A program made the translations under genes and the position numbers. Shown here piece after piece: positions 11,182 to 22,793 of a stretch of DNA of 64,000 nt. The notes beneath the pieces are model-generated. The model was given only the letters and a program-made list of their open reading frames with translations, had not been told where the DNA came from and did no database searches. Every line of letters begins with the position of its first letter. Position 1 is the first letter of the stretch. The DNA is from Psilocybe cubensis (Eukaryota), in NCBI GenBank assembly GCA_017499595.2, contig CM039002.1, positions 2,170,001-2,234,000 on the forward strand, read 5' to 3'.

Positions 11182-13737
11182 TTAACTTGTCCTTTCACGA
11201 GGACGTCGGACCCGTTTACCCTCTACTATTAATGATTCTTCTACCTCCTTTCTTTTCTTTCGATTTGTGGGCGCAGGTATGGCAGGAGTCGGAGTCGATA
11301 CAGCAGCGGAAATGGGAGTTGAAGTCAATGCAGTAGTGGAAGCGGGAGTTGGTGCCAATGGAAGAGTAGACCCATGAGTTGGAATCAAAGGAAGTGCAGA
11401 AGCAGGAGTTGGAGCCGATGCAGAAGCTGACATGGGAGTCGGAGTCGATGTAGCAGCAGACGCGGGAGTTGGAGTCAATGTAGTAGCAGACGCGAGAGTC
11501 GGAGTTGATGTAGCAGCAGACGCGGGAGTCGGAGTCGATGTAGCAGCAGACATGGGAGTCAGAGTCGATGTAGCAGCGGAAGCAGGAGTTGGAAGAGTCA
11601 CTTCCCCTGCTGCATTGGTTCCAAGTAGCATGTCAGAAACCTGCCATGCATTACGAAGATCTTGTTGATTTTGCTCATACTCCGCAATTTCAGCAGGAGT
11701 TGTAGGTGGTTTGCAAGGTCGGGGTCGGGGGCGAGGCTTGCTGGTATGTAATTGAGTATGATCGGCATTGACTTCACCTGGTCTATTCAAGAGAACTTGC
11801 ATGTCCGATGGAAAAGGCTGCAAAGTAGTGGGAGTGGACTGATTAGCTGGTGTGACACCGCTAGTAGCAGGAGTTGCTGGTGTTGGAGTGCTAGTAGACT
11901 CGGCCATTATTGCTAATTGTAGCAATGAGATGAGGGCCTTGACATTGAAATCGGTAGACTCACTTCGCAAAGACGGGTCAATCATGCAATCCAAGATTAT
12001 GTTGGCATTGGGGGATGTTGATGTCTGCATAGATTCCGGAGTAGACTCAAATGTGATCAGACTTGATCCGCCCTGCATGTCCTCAATACGTGTCAGAGCC
12101 TTCTTTGATTTCTTTGATTTTTTAACAGGTGGCCGACGCTTGGTCTTTTCTGTGTCAACAGTACGAGTTTCATCAGGATACCATGTATCCTCAACGTCAT
12201 CTCCTTTTCTCCCCTTCTTAACCTTTCGAAACCTAAAAACTTGGCTTAGCGGAAATGTTTCCTGACGTGATCGGAGATGAGTGAACAAAGTGCGTAAGTC
12301 TTCAAGGTCAAGAAATCGGGGCCGTTTTAACTTGAAGCGGGGTGGCAAGTACTCTGGAGCAATAAACTTGGATTGGGAGAGCTCAATTGCCTCATAGGGT
12401 GTTTGCGAAGTGCGGCCATGTGTTGCAAGTTCTATTAAAAACTTAGTACCAGTAAAACTTATGGAAGTTCTCAATAGTATATACTTACTATAATTTTGTC
12501 CAAGATAAAGTCGTAGAAGTGACTCTAAATCTTTTCTATTGACCTTGGATGCATCAAAGTCTTGAGGCAGCATTGGGAATCCATCCGCGTCTTGATCAAG
12601 TATGAACATGTCGGATTTTGCCGTTACTTGCAACCCAGATGTTGCTCTTTCTTTTGCATTCAATAATCCGCGAACATAGGTACTTATTAGCCGCTTCATC
12701 TGGGTAACTTCATCTGGTTTTTGTTCTTCAAATAATGTTGAACAAACGCCAATAACACTGGCTACTTGATCATGACTGTGTATTGAATCAGTCGGAGTAA
12801 GTGAGTCGGAGTGAGTCGGAGTCGGTCGGAGTCATTATATAAGCAATATGAAAGCGGACTTGTGATTTCAAAACGCACACTTGGACTGACAACTGGCCAG
12901 TTTCATTAATCTGGCAAACAAATGTAATGCTCATTAATCCCATTTCCGCCCATTGCTGGATTGCCGCCTCATCTAGTGTCTTGAAAGCATACTTCCTTGC
13001 TTTCCTAAGCAAAACAAGTAAGCAATTAGGCCAATATTGTAATGAATTTGATCACTGACTTGCGTTTGTCCTCGTCGGAATATACCACTGAAGTATAATT
13101 TGATGCTTCTATGTCAAGCTGTCTCTTCTCGCGGTCGGACATTCGGGAAATAATGTTGCTCATTGCCTTCATACGGTTTTCAAAAACACCTGGTGTCCCA
13201 ACTCCGGCTGATTCAATTCCAAGAATGCTGGCAATCTCCTTGTAGACCTCGTCCCTTCTATTATACCAGAGTACAGTGGTACGTTTTAATTTTTTACCCT
13301 TTGTTGCAGCCTTTGTAAGCCGCTCCCCCCTCCAGTTGTTTCGAATCCATGCAAGCAGTTTCTTTGGGATAAAATATTAGATCCGACCATTGTAATAGAC
13401 ATATAGCCATACCTATTGTGTAATCGGGGCAAGTCGGGGCCGACAGTTGTTAATAAAAAATACAAATACAGTGTCCGACAAACACAATTACCTTTGCCTC
13501 CTCCTGCATAAACTCTTTACTACGGCTCACAACCCTATTTTTACTCCAGTGATTGAAAAGAGCAGGTAGTATTTCACATACTACCTGCTTACGGTCAAGA
13601 TTTGTCGACGCCTTGGTGTATTTGTCTTTGAATCTCTCAATAATTTCACGTTCATGGCGATCATACACCCTGACCAGTCTGTCATGAGCTCTAAACATGT
13701 CTTCCAGTATTGGATTTGGTGCTTCAGTACTGTCCAT
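11182..13737 (-). CDS. Multi-exon homeo/HMG-like helical protein, divergent from the transposase (outer gene C)
   Basis: Spliced product includes [66 protein letters not shown]...FRFRKV, collinear with gene 22794-25104. C-terminal 30-bp repeats and NLS-like KRVRRPRER. Confidence 0.7.
11400..11595 (-). repeat. About 6 x 30-bp coding tandem repeat ([10 protein letters not shown]), several units with GAGTCGGA
   Basis: gggagtcggagtcgatgtagcagcagac-like units on the + strand. Confidence 0.8.
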
Positions 13738-14035
13738 GCTGTACCAAGGAAAAAGGATAATGAAACTATGAGATAACTCTACATGTATGAGGACAGACCA
13801 ACCTTGACAATTTTCAAGTGTTAAAAATCAAAACTGCGCTGGAAAGAGGTAATGGTGGGGAAGAATGAATGCAGACAAACGCTTCCCAGAACCCCACCTC
13901 CTTTATAGGAATCTACACACATCAAAATATGTATATTAGGTAAGTTGAAACTATGCAGTTAGTACTGGAATGTGCCACCCTAAAGTATAGCAGTTGATCA
14001 ACCAAGATAGGTAATTTTCTCCTCTTGTCTCTAAT

Positions 14036-17000
14036 ATGCCATCTCAACGAACATCAAGCACCAGGAAAGCTAAGAAGAAGGCACTATATGAAGATGATGC
14101 AAATGCAGCAGATGCCGTAACATACAAGCATCAAACCAGAACAACACGAGCAGGCAAGGTTGTTTCTGAGCTTGTAAAGGTCTCTTTGAGCACTTCAGAT
14201 AGACCCCGTAGAAAGAACCCAGGAGAACCAGAAGTGCCAAATGTGGATGAGAATGCCAGTCAGGAGTTCAATGGGGACAATTATGGGGCACCAGAAAGTC
14301 CCCACGGTGAAGATGTAGTCCCCAAAATATGCAAGGTGTGTGTATATTTTTTATTTTATAGATCAGCTTACCATTTATTTTTGCGTAGACGCAGCGAGAC
14401 TATATTAACCAATACGTGTCTCGTGTAGATGACTTGCTGGGAGCATTGCTCAGCCGAGAGGCACCCAACATTCCAGACAATTCCGAACGGCCTATTTGCT
14501 CTAGCTGCAATAATGATTTAATTGCAGTATGGCGTTGTAAAGATTGTAGCTTACCATCCATGGTTTGTAGGATGTGTATGCGACACACTCACCAAGTAAA
14601 TCCAATGCACAGAATAGAACGTTGGACGGGATCCTACTTCCGGCAGGCACATCTATGGGAAACTGGTACCTATATTCTTATACCCCATCACACTGGAGAC
14701 TCTATATGTTCGTCACTGAACTTTCAGATTAACTACCTTGAAGGTATTGAGGAGGAAAAGGACAAAGAGGAGCAAATACAACTACACCAGTTGACATGGA
14801 AACAAGCGCCCGTCGGAGACTTTTTGACAGGTCATGCCGAAGATATTGATATTCAAATGGATAGCCCTGAGGATGACCCGACTCATATTCACGAAGGCCC
14901 TACCGATGATGAATTTGAAGAGTACCTAGACAAGTGTCGAGAAAATCCTTCGCTGCTGGATGACTTCCATGATTGTGATGATGAAACCGAAGTCGGGGAG
15001 GCGGAGGATGATGTGCAAGATATGCCTTATTATCTCCGACCACATTTTGGCAACAAAAACAAAGTCACCCCGACAGCAACTCCAAAGACCGACGGACTCA
15101 ACAATGCGTATGTTCGGGCAATTCACACTAATGGTGTTCATCACTTGGCCATGGTATATTGTGTATGTCATGGTGCCCAACAGCTTCCTCAGGATCTTAT
15201 TGCAAGCCGATTATTGCCAACAAGTTTTCATCGCATTCGTACCGTATTCTCTGCTCAACTTCTAGACTATTTCCGACTATCCAATCTGGAGCTCAAGGCT
15301 TCGGCTTATCAGTTTTATTCTCTTATCCGACGAATGACAAATCCATTGTCTCCTTCTAGTGTTGTGGATTTATACAATGAATTCCGAAGAATGTCAAGAC
15401 TATGGAGGTGGATGAAGAAACTTAAATGGGCAGGGTTTGCAGGACATAATGGAAAAACTGCACTGTCTGTCGGAAAAGGCGAACTTGGTATTTTCTGTCC
15501 CGCATGCCCACAACCAGGTATTAACTTACCCGACAATTGGAGAGAAGATCCAAATCGTTGGGTTTACAAACGAGTATTTGTGGCCGACGGAAACTTCAAA
15601 GCAGACCATGTCCGCTCAGAAAAGCCATCTCGGGATGTCTGGCTTTCGGAAGGCAGTGGCATGATTCCAGATCGCACAGAATATCATGCATTCCTTAAAT
15701 CTGCAATAGAGGCATTGACAGTCAGTATATTCAGTACTCTTGTTTTAATTCAAATATAGTGAAACTAATCTATGCTAGGGTGCTCCATGTGAGAATACCT
15801 TCCGTGCAATTCAAAACTCACTGCTATCTAAGTCATCTTGTGACGTTACGGGGATTGTTGGCATTGCTTGTGCCCGACATGGCTGCTACGCCCCAAATGC
15901 AATTGTAGACCTTTTTAAAGGTGAGCAGCAGAAAAATGTTGACTTTGCATTTTTGGCTGCGCTTGCATCAACTGGAGTCCATCCCGACCAAGGCACTATG
16001 GTGATATATGACATTGTCTGCCAGTACATCATATGGCTGCTCAAACGCATTAAACACCATCTTCCTGAAGGTCTCAAGATTGACAGAGCAATTGGAATGT
16101 TCCATGTTCATGCTCATAAAGATGAGTGTTTTTTCAGATATGCTCCCACATTTATTCCTGGTGCCGCCTGTGTGTGTGGCGAGATTCTGGAGTCATTGTG
16201 GGCCGACTTGAATGCTATTTCTCCAGCGGCTCGTACAGCAACACTGGCTCACCGTGCTGAAATCCTTGACGATCACGCTTGTGACTCCAACCACAAAAAA
16301 GCACTTAATTTAACAAGATACCTGTGCCGACGATACCTCGAAGCCGACGAGACAAGAGACAAATATCGGATATGTTTTGCCAATCTTAACAGTGCTGTCG
16401 ATCCCGAAGCAGTTAAACTATGGATGAAGCAAATTGAACACGTAGAAAAAAATCGATTGGAAGACCCTAAACTCATGGATATATATACTGCTAAGCGACC
16501 CGGATCTGTTCCAGTCAATACAAGTACAAGTGACTGTGCCTGCCCTACTGTGCCGCTGACTCCGGTACAGTCATGGATCCAATTTGCATTAGTGATTGAA
16601 GAAAAGCAGTACGTATAATTGTTTAAATTACTATACATTTTTAACAGTGCAAATTCCATTGTTTAGATTAGACATACGTATGCGTGCACGGCGGCTTGTC
16701 AATCATGATCGTCTCCCCGACTGTGTCAAACTCCAGAAGCTACGCGAGTCTCTCAAGACATTAATGGTTCAGCTTGCTAAACTTCAGTCTAAAGCTGGGG
16801 TGATTGCTACTGGGAGGCAAGATATTGAAATTTCCGACCAGATTTTAATTGATTGGGAAGACGAAGAAGACGTTTTAGCTCCAGGATCGGGTCCAACAAT
16901 AAATGAAGACATTGACCTACAGCCAATATGCCTACCATCAAATGGCAGTGCAGATGCAATGTATGCATCCGATGAACTCAAAGCCAGAATATCCCAAGCT

Positions 17001-17745
17001 CGAGGCCATCTTAATCAAATCCGAGAGCTTATCGCGGAACGCTCCTTTCAGTTTAAAGAAGTTGTCCAAAAGGGCCCACGTAAAGGTGTCCGCACACGAG
17101 GTCAAACAGCAGTAAAAGAGTTAAAAGATCAAATTTCTCTACATGCTCAGGCATATTCACACTGTCGAAGTCGCATTGTCAAGCTCGGGGCCGACGATGA
17201 AATTCTTAGAGAGTTGCGCATTTTAACCAAAGATGACATCAAGTCAAGTACTGCAATTCTCAATCCAAATTTGCCAGGGTCAACCAAATTTCGTTTATCA
17301 TGGATTTGGTATTCTGTACACCAAAGATTTGGACCGCGGTGGGCACTTGACCCGACAGCTACACCTGATTCCGACCCAAACGCGTTATCGGAGGACGCAG
17401 ATCCTGCCACTGTTCTTGAATGTGAGTTAAATCATTAATATTCAACCATGGGCGCTTATATATTCCCAACCCAATTTTATAGTTAAAAGAGTTCATTGGT
17501 TGCGTGCAAGGGCACTATATCACAGGTGGAATGAAGAAGCAACCCTTGTACGATATGAGATGCAGTGGACCGTTGCATATTTTATGCATCAGAGTAAAAA
17601 ATGGGTGAAATATGTCGAGTCGGGGCCAACACTCAGCGCGGGTGCAATAGCTTACGCTTATCGCAAATCTGATTCTTGGCGTAGCTTGGCGATGGCTGGA
17701 GATCAATTATTTAAATGCATAAATCCCCTGTACAAACCATTGTAA
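14036..17745 (+). CDS. KDZ transposase with N-terminal CxC2 cysteine cluster (outer element)
   Basis: CxC2 region WRCKDC...CRMCMRHTHQVNPMHRIERWTG, IHTNGVH, CPACPQPGINLP; catalytic core DGNFKADH, CARHGC, KGEQQKNVD, YDIVCQY, FHVHAHKDEC, GEILESLW; C-terminal WLRARA...RWNEE. About 5 exons, no disabling change seen. Confidence 0.93.
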
Positions 17746-17779
17746 TTTCAAATACCCCTCTTGTTCACTTACTTCCATC

Positions 17780-17914
17780 ATGAGCACTGAAGAACTCGAT
17801 CCTATCAAAGTTATCACCGTCTTTGACCCTTTCGATCACAATTACGCACGCCGGTCAAAGAAAGGGAGGCAAATTCAAAAAACGGTTATTTTTGCAAATT
17901 CAAGATTCCGCAAT
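17780..17914 (+). pseudogene. 5' part of outer gene E, interrupted by the inner KDZ insertion
   Basis: MSTEELDPIKV...NSRFRN ends exactly at the TSD and continues in frame at 33533 (ILEHILKAPTVRQKKWMQECLQIEL). Confidence 0.8.
17908..17914 (+). repeat. Left target-site duplication CCGCAAT
   Basis: Identical 7-mer at 33526-33532, immediately outside the right TIR. Confidence 0.92.
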
Positions 17915-18232
17915 CACATAAGACAGTTTATTTATAACGTACATTACCTAAGATTTAATAATAAGGATATTACGTGAGACACGGTGGATTTACTTCCGCT
18001 ACCTAATTAGGAGATTAGCGTGATGTACGTGTGATTTAGCCTGGCAAATCATAGCGTACATGACGTGCCATTTAGCGCTAAATGGAGCCGCCGGGTGGCC
18101 TGCGGGATCCGCGCGTCTACCTACACGGAAGAAACACGGGCCGGAAATGAGCCGGACGGGTCCATTTGCATCCCGTGTATTGCAAGCAGACGGATCCGCT
18201 TGACCCGTGTTGTGCTGTCAGACGGACCCATT
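17915..18232 (+). repeat. Left terminal inverted repeat (318 bp), begins CACATAAGACAG
   Basis: Reverse complement of 33208-33525 except at 17980/33460 and 18038/33402. Confidence 0.95.
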
Positions 18233-18310
18233 TGACCCGTATCTTCCCAGAGAGGGAGGGATATTTGAGAGGTATTGCGAATCAATGAGCACAAGGGCTC
18301 CAAAAATAAT

Positions 18311-19453
18311 TTATTCATCTCTACCGGTATACAAATGCTTTTCCAAACTCGATTCAATCCCTGCCAGCCCAGCGTCAATTTCCTCCAGCGCATTATAAGT
18401 CAGAATTTCTGACTGCAGCTGATGCAGGCGGAGGTTCTTAAACGTTGTGACCTTGCTGTCATAACTATTGTCGCCGACGGAACTGTCGATTATTTGGTCG
18501 TATGTTGCCCGTAGCTGCTGCTCGGTATAATTCTAAAATAGTTGTCAGTATCTAGTGCTTGGTAATATCTGAGTGCATACATATAGAAAAGGAGGGTTAA
18601 AATATGCCGTCTGATCTGTCACATCCTTGAACTCAATGTCAGACTGGGTGGGAGGCGAACCGGGGTAGCCGCCCATGGAATCAAACCTGCCGTAGGTTCG
18701 AAAATAAGGGTTTTGAAGGAGCAGGTGGCATGCTTCAGGGGGTGGAGAATAGCGACCTTGCTTCCTCTCAGAGGAAATAGCTGGACGAGAGTCCATAATG
18801 ATTTTGTCGACGACAGACGTGTATGAAACATGTGCTGCCATCAACGGCGGAGCCACATCATCCCGGATGACAGGCATAGGTGGAGGATCCAGGGTATCTG
18901 GAATAACAGGCATAGGGGGAGGAGCCAGGGTAGGTGGAATGACAGGCATAGGGGGAGGAGCTAGGTTATCTGGAATGATTGGCATTGGCGGCGGAGCCGT
19001 GTCGTTCCGGATGACAGGCATTGGCGGCGGAGCCGTGTCGTTCCGGATGACAGGCATTGGCGGCGGAGCCGTGTCGTTCCGGATGACTGGCATAGGGGGT
19101 GGAGCCAGGTTAGCTGGAATGACAGGCATAGGGGGTGGAGCCAGGTTAGCTGGAATTACTGGCATTGGCGGCGGAGCCAGGTTAGCTGGAATGACAGGCA
19201 TAGGGGGTGGAGCCAGGTTAGCTGGAATTACTGGCATTGGCGGCGGAGCCAGGTCTTTCCGGATGACTGGCATAGGGGGCGGAGCCAGGTTAGATGAAAT
19301 GACTGGCATAGGGGGAGGAGCCAGGTTATCTGGAATAACAGGCATAGGGGGTGGAGCCAGGTTATCTGGAATGACTGGCATTGGCGGCGGAGCCAGGTCA
19401 TCCGTCCTTGCTGTGCGTTTGCTTTCCTTAGAGTTGCTAATATTTGAAGACAT
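18311..19453 (-). CDS. Proline-repeat protein with helical C-terminus (inner gene A), 2 exons
   Basis: ORF 19453-18581 with (LAPPPMPVIPxN)n; intron 18533-18580; last exon NYTEQQLRATYDQ...IDAGLAGIESSLEKHLYTGRDE*. Confidence 0.65.
18845..19398 (-). repeat. About 15 x 36-bp coding tandem repeat (LAPPPMPVIPAN)
   Basis: ggcataggggg(t/a)ggagccaggttagctggaatgaca and ggcattggcggcggagcc units on the + strand. Confidence 0.9.
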
Positions 19454-19938
19454 TGCTGATGCTCAGAAATCAATTAAAATTTACTTGAATTAATGCCATT
19501 AGTCTTACATTTTATAGGTTTTACGGGAGGAGGTTCCTTCAGTTTTTCAAGAAGCCTGGTAAGATTGTTGAGACTGGTGTAGTCAATGGGGGAATTTTTG
19601 CTAGAGGTGGGAATAAAGTTGTAGGAGGACATACAGTCCAGAAAGTGCAACTGGGTGGGCTTGTTTATATATCTCACGGAATACAATACTATCCGAGGAT
19701 TCTCCATGACACGGAAATAGATTCACCCGTGTATCGAACTTAGCAACTTTTGCACAAACTGGATCTGGTGAAGAAATCACATGACTCAGATTGTACATGT
19801 TTGTGTATGGTTTTGTTTTGCGGGACCGCTTTTTTTTAGACTTTTTTTAGACTAACTCCAACCACGATCACCACCCTCACGTTCTACCGTGCCTCACCCA
19901 TTTAACGCGTCTTCCCCCATAAAAACACGCTTTTTTCA

Positions 19939-20642
19939 ATGGCCGCTTCATCTTCCACCACCGCCACCTTCGCCCAACGCCTCGCTGACTGGGAAAAAAA
20001 GTTTACCGAGTGCTACCGCAACGGTGAAAGCGCGTTCAACGCTGAGTTGGAGCAGCTTTACAGGGACTTGGTAAGTTCTCAATTTTATAAGATCATGACT
20101 TGCTCAACAAAAAAAAAAAAATTCCAATAGGTTCCATTGTGTCAGGAGCATGTCAGGGACGCCGCCCGCTTCCGGCTCATTGACTATGTTGCGAGCCCCG
20201 TTGTCTACTCGTACAAAGTCATCCAGGGCAAGGACGGCGAGAACATCTACAGGTTTGAGGTCGACTGGGCGACGCTCAAACATCAAGTCGCCAACTTCAA
20301 GGCCTACCAGGAAGGCCAGGAGGCACAGAGGAAGAGGAGGGAGGAGGAGGAGCAAGAGAAGAGGAGGGAGAAGGAGGAGCAAGAGGAGGAGGAGAGGCAG
20401 AGGGTGGAGGAGAGGAGGAAGAGGGAGGTGAGGAGGAAGAGGGAGGAGAAGAAGAAGAGGGAGGAGGAAGAGGAGAGGCAGAGGGAGGAGGAGGAGGAGA
20501 GGCAGAGGGAGGAGGAGAGGAGGAAGAGGGAGGAAGAGAAGCAGAAGGTGGAGGAGAGGAGAAAGGATGAGAGGAGGAAGAGGGAGCAGGAGAGGAGGAC
20601 CAGGGAGCAGGAGAGGCAGAAGGCGGAGGAGAGGAGGAAGAG

Positions 20643-20676
<34 letters not shown>

Positions 20677-22515
20677 ACAGACGAGGAGAGGAACAAGGAG
20701 GAGACGGAGAAGAGACAGGCCGAGAAGGGCAAGGGCAAGGCAGTCGAACCCCCGGTGGAAGACGGACCCGTGACAGACGCCCACAAAGACAAGGGCAAAC
20801 GGAAAGCGGCGGACCCCGTGGAGTCCATTCAGTTGGCTCCAGCGGATTACAGGGGCCCACGGACAAAGAAGGGGGAAATCATTCCCCACATTACCGCCTC
20901 CAACATGCCCGGTCACCCAGCGTACAGGGAGAAGCTGGAAAGATTGGCGAAGTCCAAGCAGGGGAAATTCAGGAGCAAGGCGATCATAGGAAGCCACACG
21001 GACGAAGACGCGGACGCGGACGTCGACGAGGACGACGAAGGCGATAACAAAGGGGCACCGCCTACCACCCCCACTGCCACCCCCACCCGGAAGATGCGCA
21101 CGCGTTCCGTAAAGAAGGACGCCGAGGACGATGTCCCCCCCATCAGGAAGGCGCGGTCGAGATCCCAGAAAGTGCGCCAGGTGCCAGAGGGGATGGTGGA
21201 CATGGTGGAAAGGTGCACGGCATGCATCAAATTCAAGGTGCCATGCTATGTCAAGGGGGAGACAGGCACTGAGCCTCTTGTCCCCGTGAAGCACCAATCT
21301 TGCGAGTCTTGCAAGTCTCGCAAGATCCACTGCAGCTTCTACCCGGGGCGCAACACCTTCGTGGGTCAATTTTTGATGACGCCACTGGGAAGCTATGGGG
21401 AGGCGTTGAAGTTGGAGGAGGGAGAAGATGTTCCGGCGAAGGGGAAGGCCGGGGAAGGGTCGTTCCCCGAGGATGTGGGAGAACTGCTTGTGCAGCTCTT
21501 TGAGCGCCAAGGCAGAATCATGGAACGGCTGGACGGGTTATCCGCGTCCATAACGGCGATTAATGCACGGATTGCGACGTTTGCCGAGACGAACTTGGCG
21601 GTGGAGAACAGGATGAAGAGCATCGAGGACGGCATCCAAGAGGTGAAGGCCGAATGGACCATGGCCAAAGAACAAGTGGCAGGAAGCACCTCGCTTTCCG
21701 TCACGATGTTCAACGACATCACCAAGAGGATCAACCACGTCCGAGATGTGGTCGACGATTTGCTGGAGCAGGATGAACAAAGGAATCCCGCCCCCAAACA
21801 GGCAGCAGGACCCTCCAAGACGGAGGTCGAACAAGAATCGGGTCCGTCGTGGACCCGTGAACCCACCTCTGTGCCACAATCCCCAAGCGCACCACCACCG
21901 CCAGCACCCCTCCCTTCCCCACCTCCACCTCCAGCAGCACCCATTCTCCCTTCCCCTCCTCCACCACCGCCAGCACCTGTCCTCCCTTCCCCTCCCCCAC
22001 CTCCACCCGCACCCGTCCTCCCTGCCGTGTCTGCGCCACCAACAGCGCTATTCTTGCCCGGTTCGACTCCGGAAGCGCCTTCGCCCCCCCCAGCTGGCCG
22101 ACCCTCGCTCCCACCGGTACCACCCATCCTTTCCCTGTCTCCACCACCCCCTCTCCCAGCTCCACGTCCTCGAAGTTCGACGTCAAAGGCCGCACCGTTG
22201 TCAAAGGGTGCACCATCGTCAAAGGCCGCGCCATCGTCAAAGGCCGGCCCATCCTCAAAGGCTAAGCCATTGTCAAAGGCTAAGCCATCCTCCAAGGCTG
22301 GGCCATCCGGGAATGGACACTCATCGGAGTTGTCTGATCCCTCGGACAGCGACGAGGTTGAAATTGTGGAGGAGGAGGATGTTGAGATCGTGGCGTCCAC
22401 GCTGCCCGCGTCGAACATAGCCACAAAGACAAGGGCTGGACGAAAGCGAAAGGCGGAAACGACTCTGGCTGAAGCATCGCGCTCGCCCAAAAAATCCAAG
22501 GCCCAAAAAAAGTAG
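19939..22515 (+). CDS. Zn2Cys6-like cluster protein with E/R/K charged helix, coiled coil and Pro-rich tail (inner gene B), about 838 aa
   Basis: Exons 19939-20070 and 20131-22515 join in frame. C-x2-C-x6-C-x18-C-x2-C-x6-C at 21214-21333; C-terminal RKRK...PKKSK NLS-like patch. Confidence 0.75.
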
Positions 22516-22793
22516 TGTATTTCAATTCTTTGTAACTTTTTTTTGGTCTCCTTTTTTGCCTGTCATATATTACATTGCTCACATCCCTATACAATTTTTT
22601 CATCATTTGGACTGTATATAGTTTTTACTCTCATGTGCTCATCTGTTTTATACCTCTCCCAAAAAGTAGCACTTGATGATTTTTAATGAACCCCGCTTTC
22701 TGTTTTGATTTTGTGTGAAAACATGTTTGAGAAACATCAAGATAAGAATAAAAAGCATCACATTCAATAGGTATCATGAATCTACTTCAACAG

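Noticed and set aside
18121-18393. ORFs 18121-18393(-) and 33145-33375(-) sharing sequence with the opposite end of the element
   Set aside because: They are incidental translations of the terminal inverted repeats, not genes.
18798-19493. Gly-rich ORF (MTGIGGGARL)n on the + strand
   Set aside because: Antisense shadow of the Pro-repeat gene; the minus strand has the splice signals and the conserved C-terminal exon.
20104-22499. Long minus-strand ORFs (468, 368, 189 and 174 aa)
   Set aside because: Antisense to low-complexity, GC-rich gene B; stop-poor for compositional reasons and without recognisable domains.
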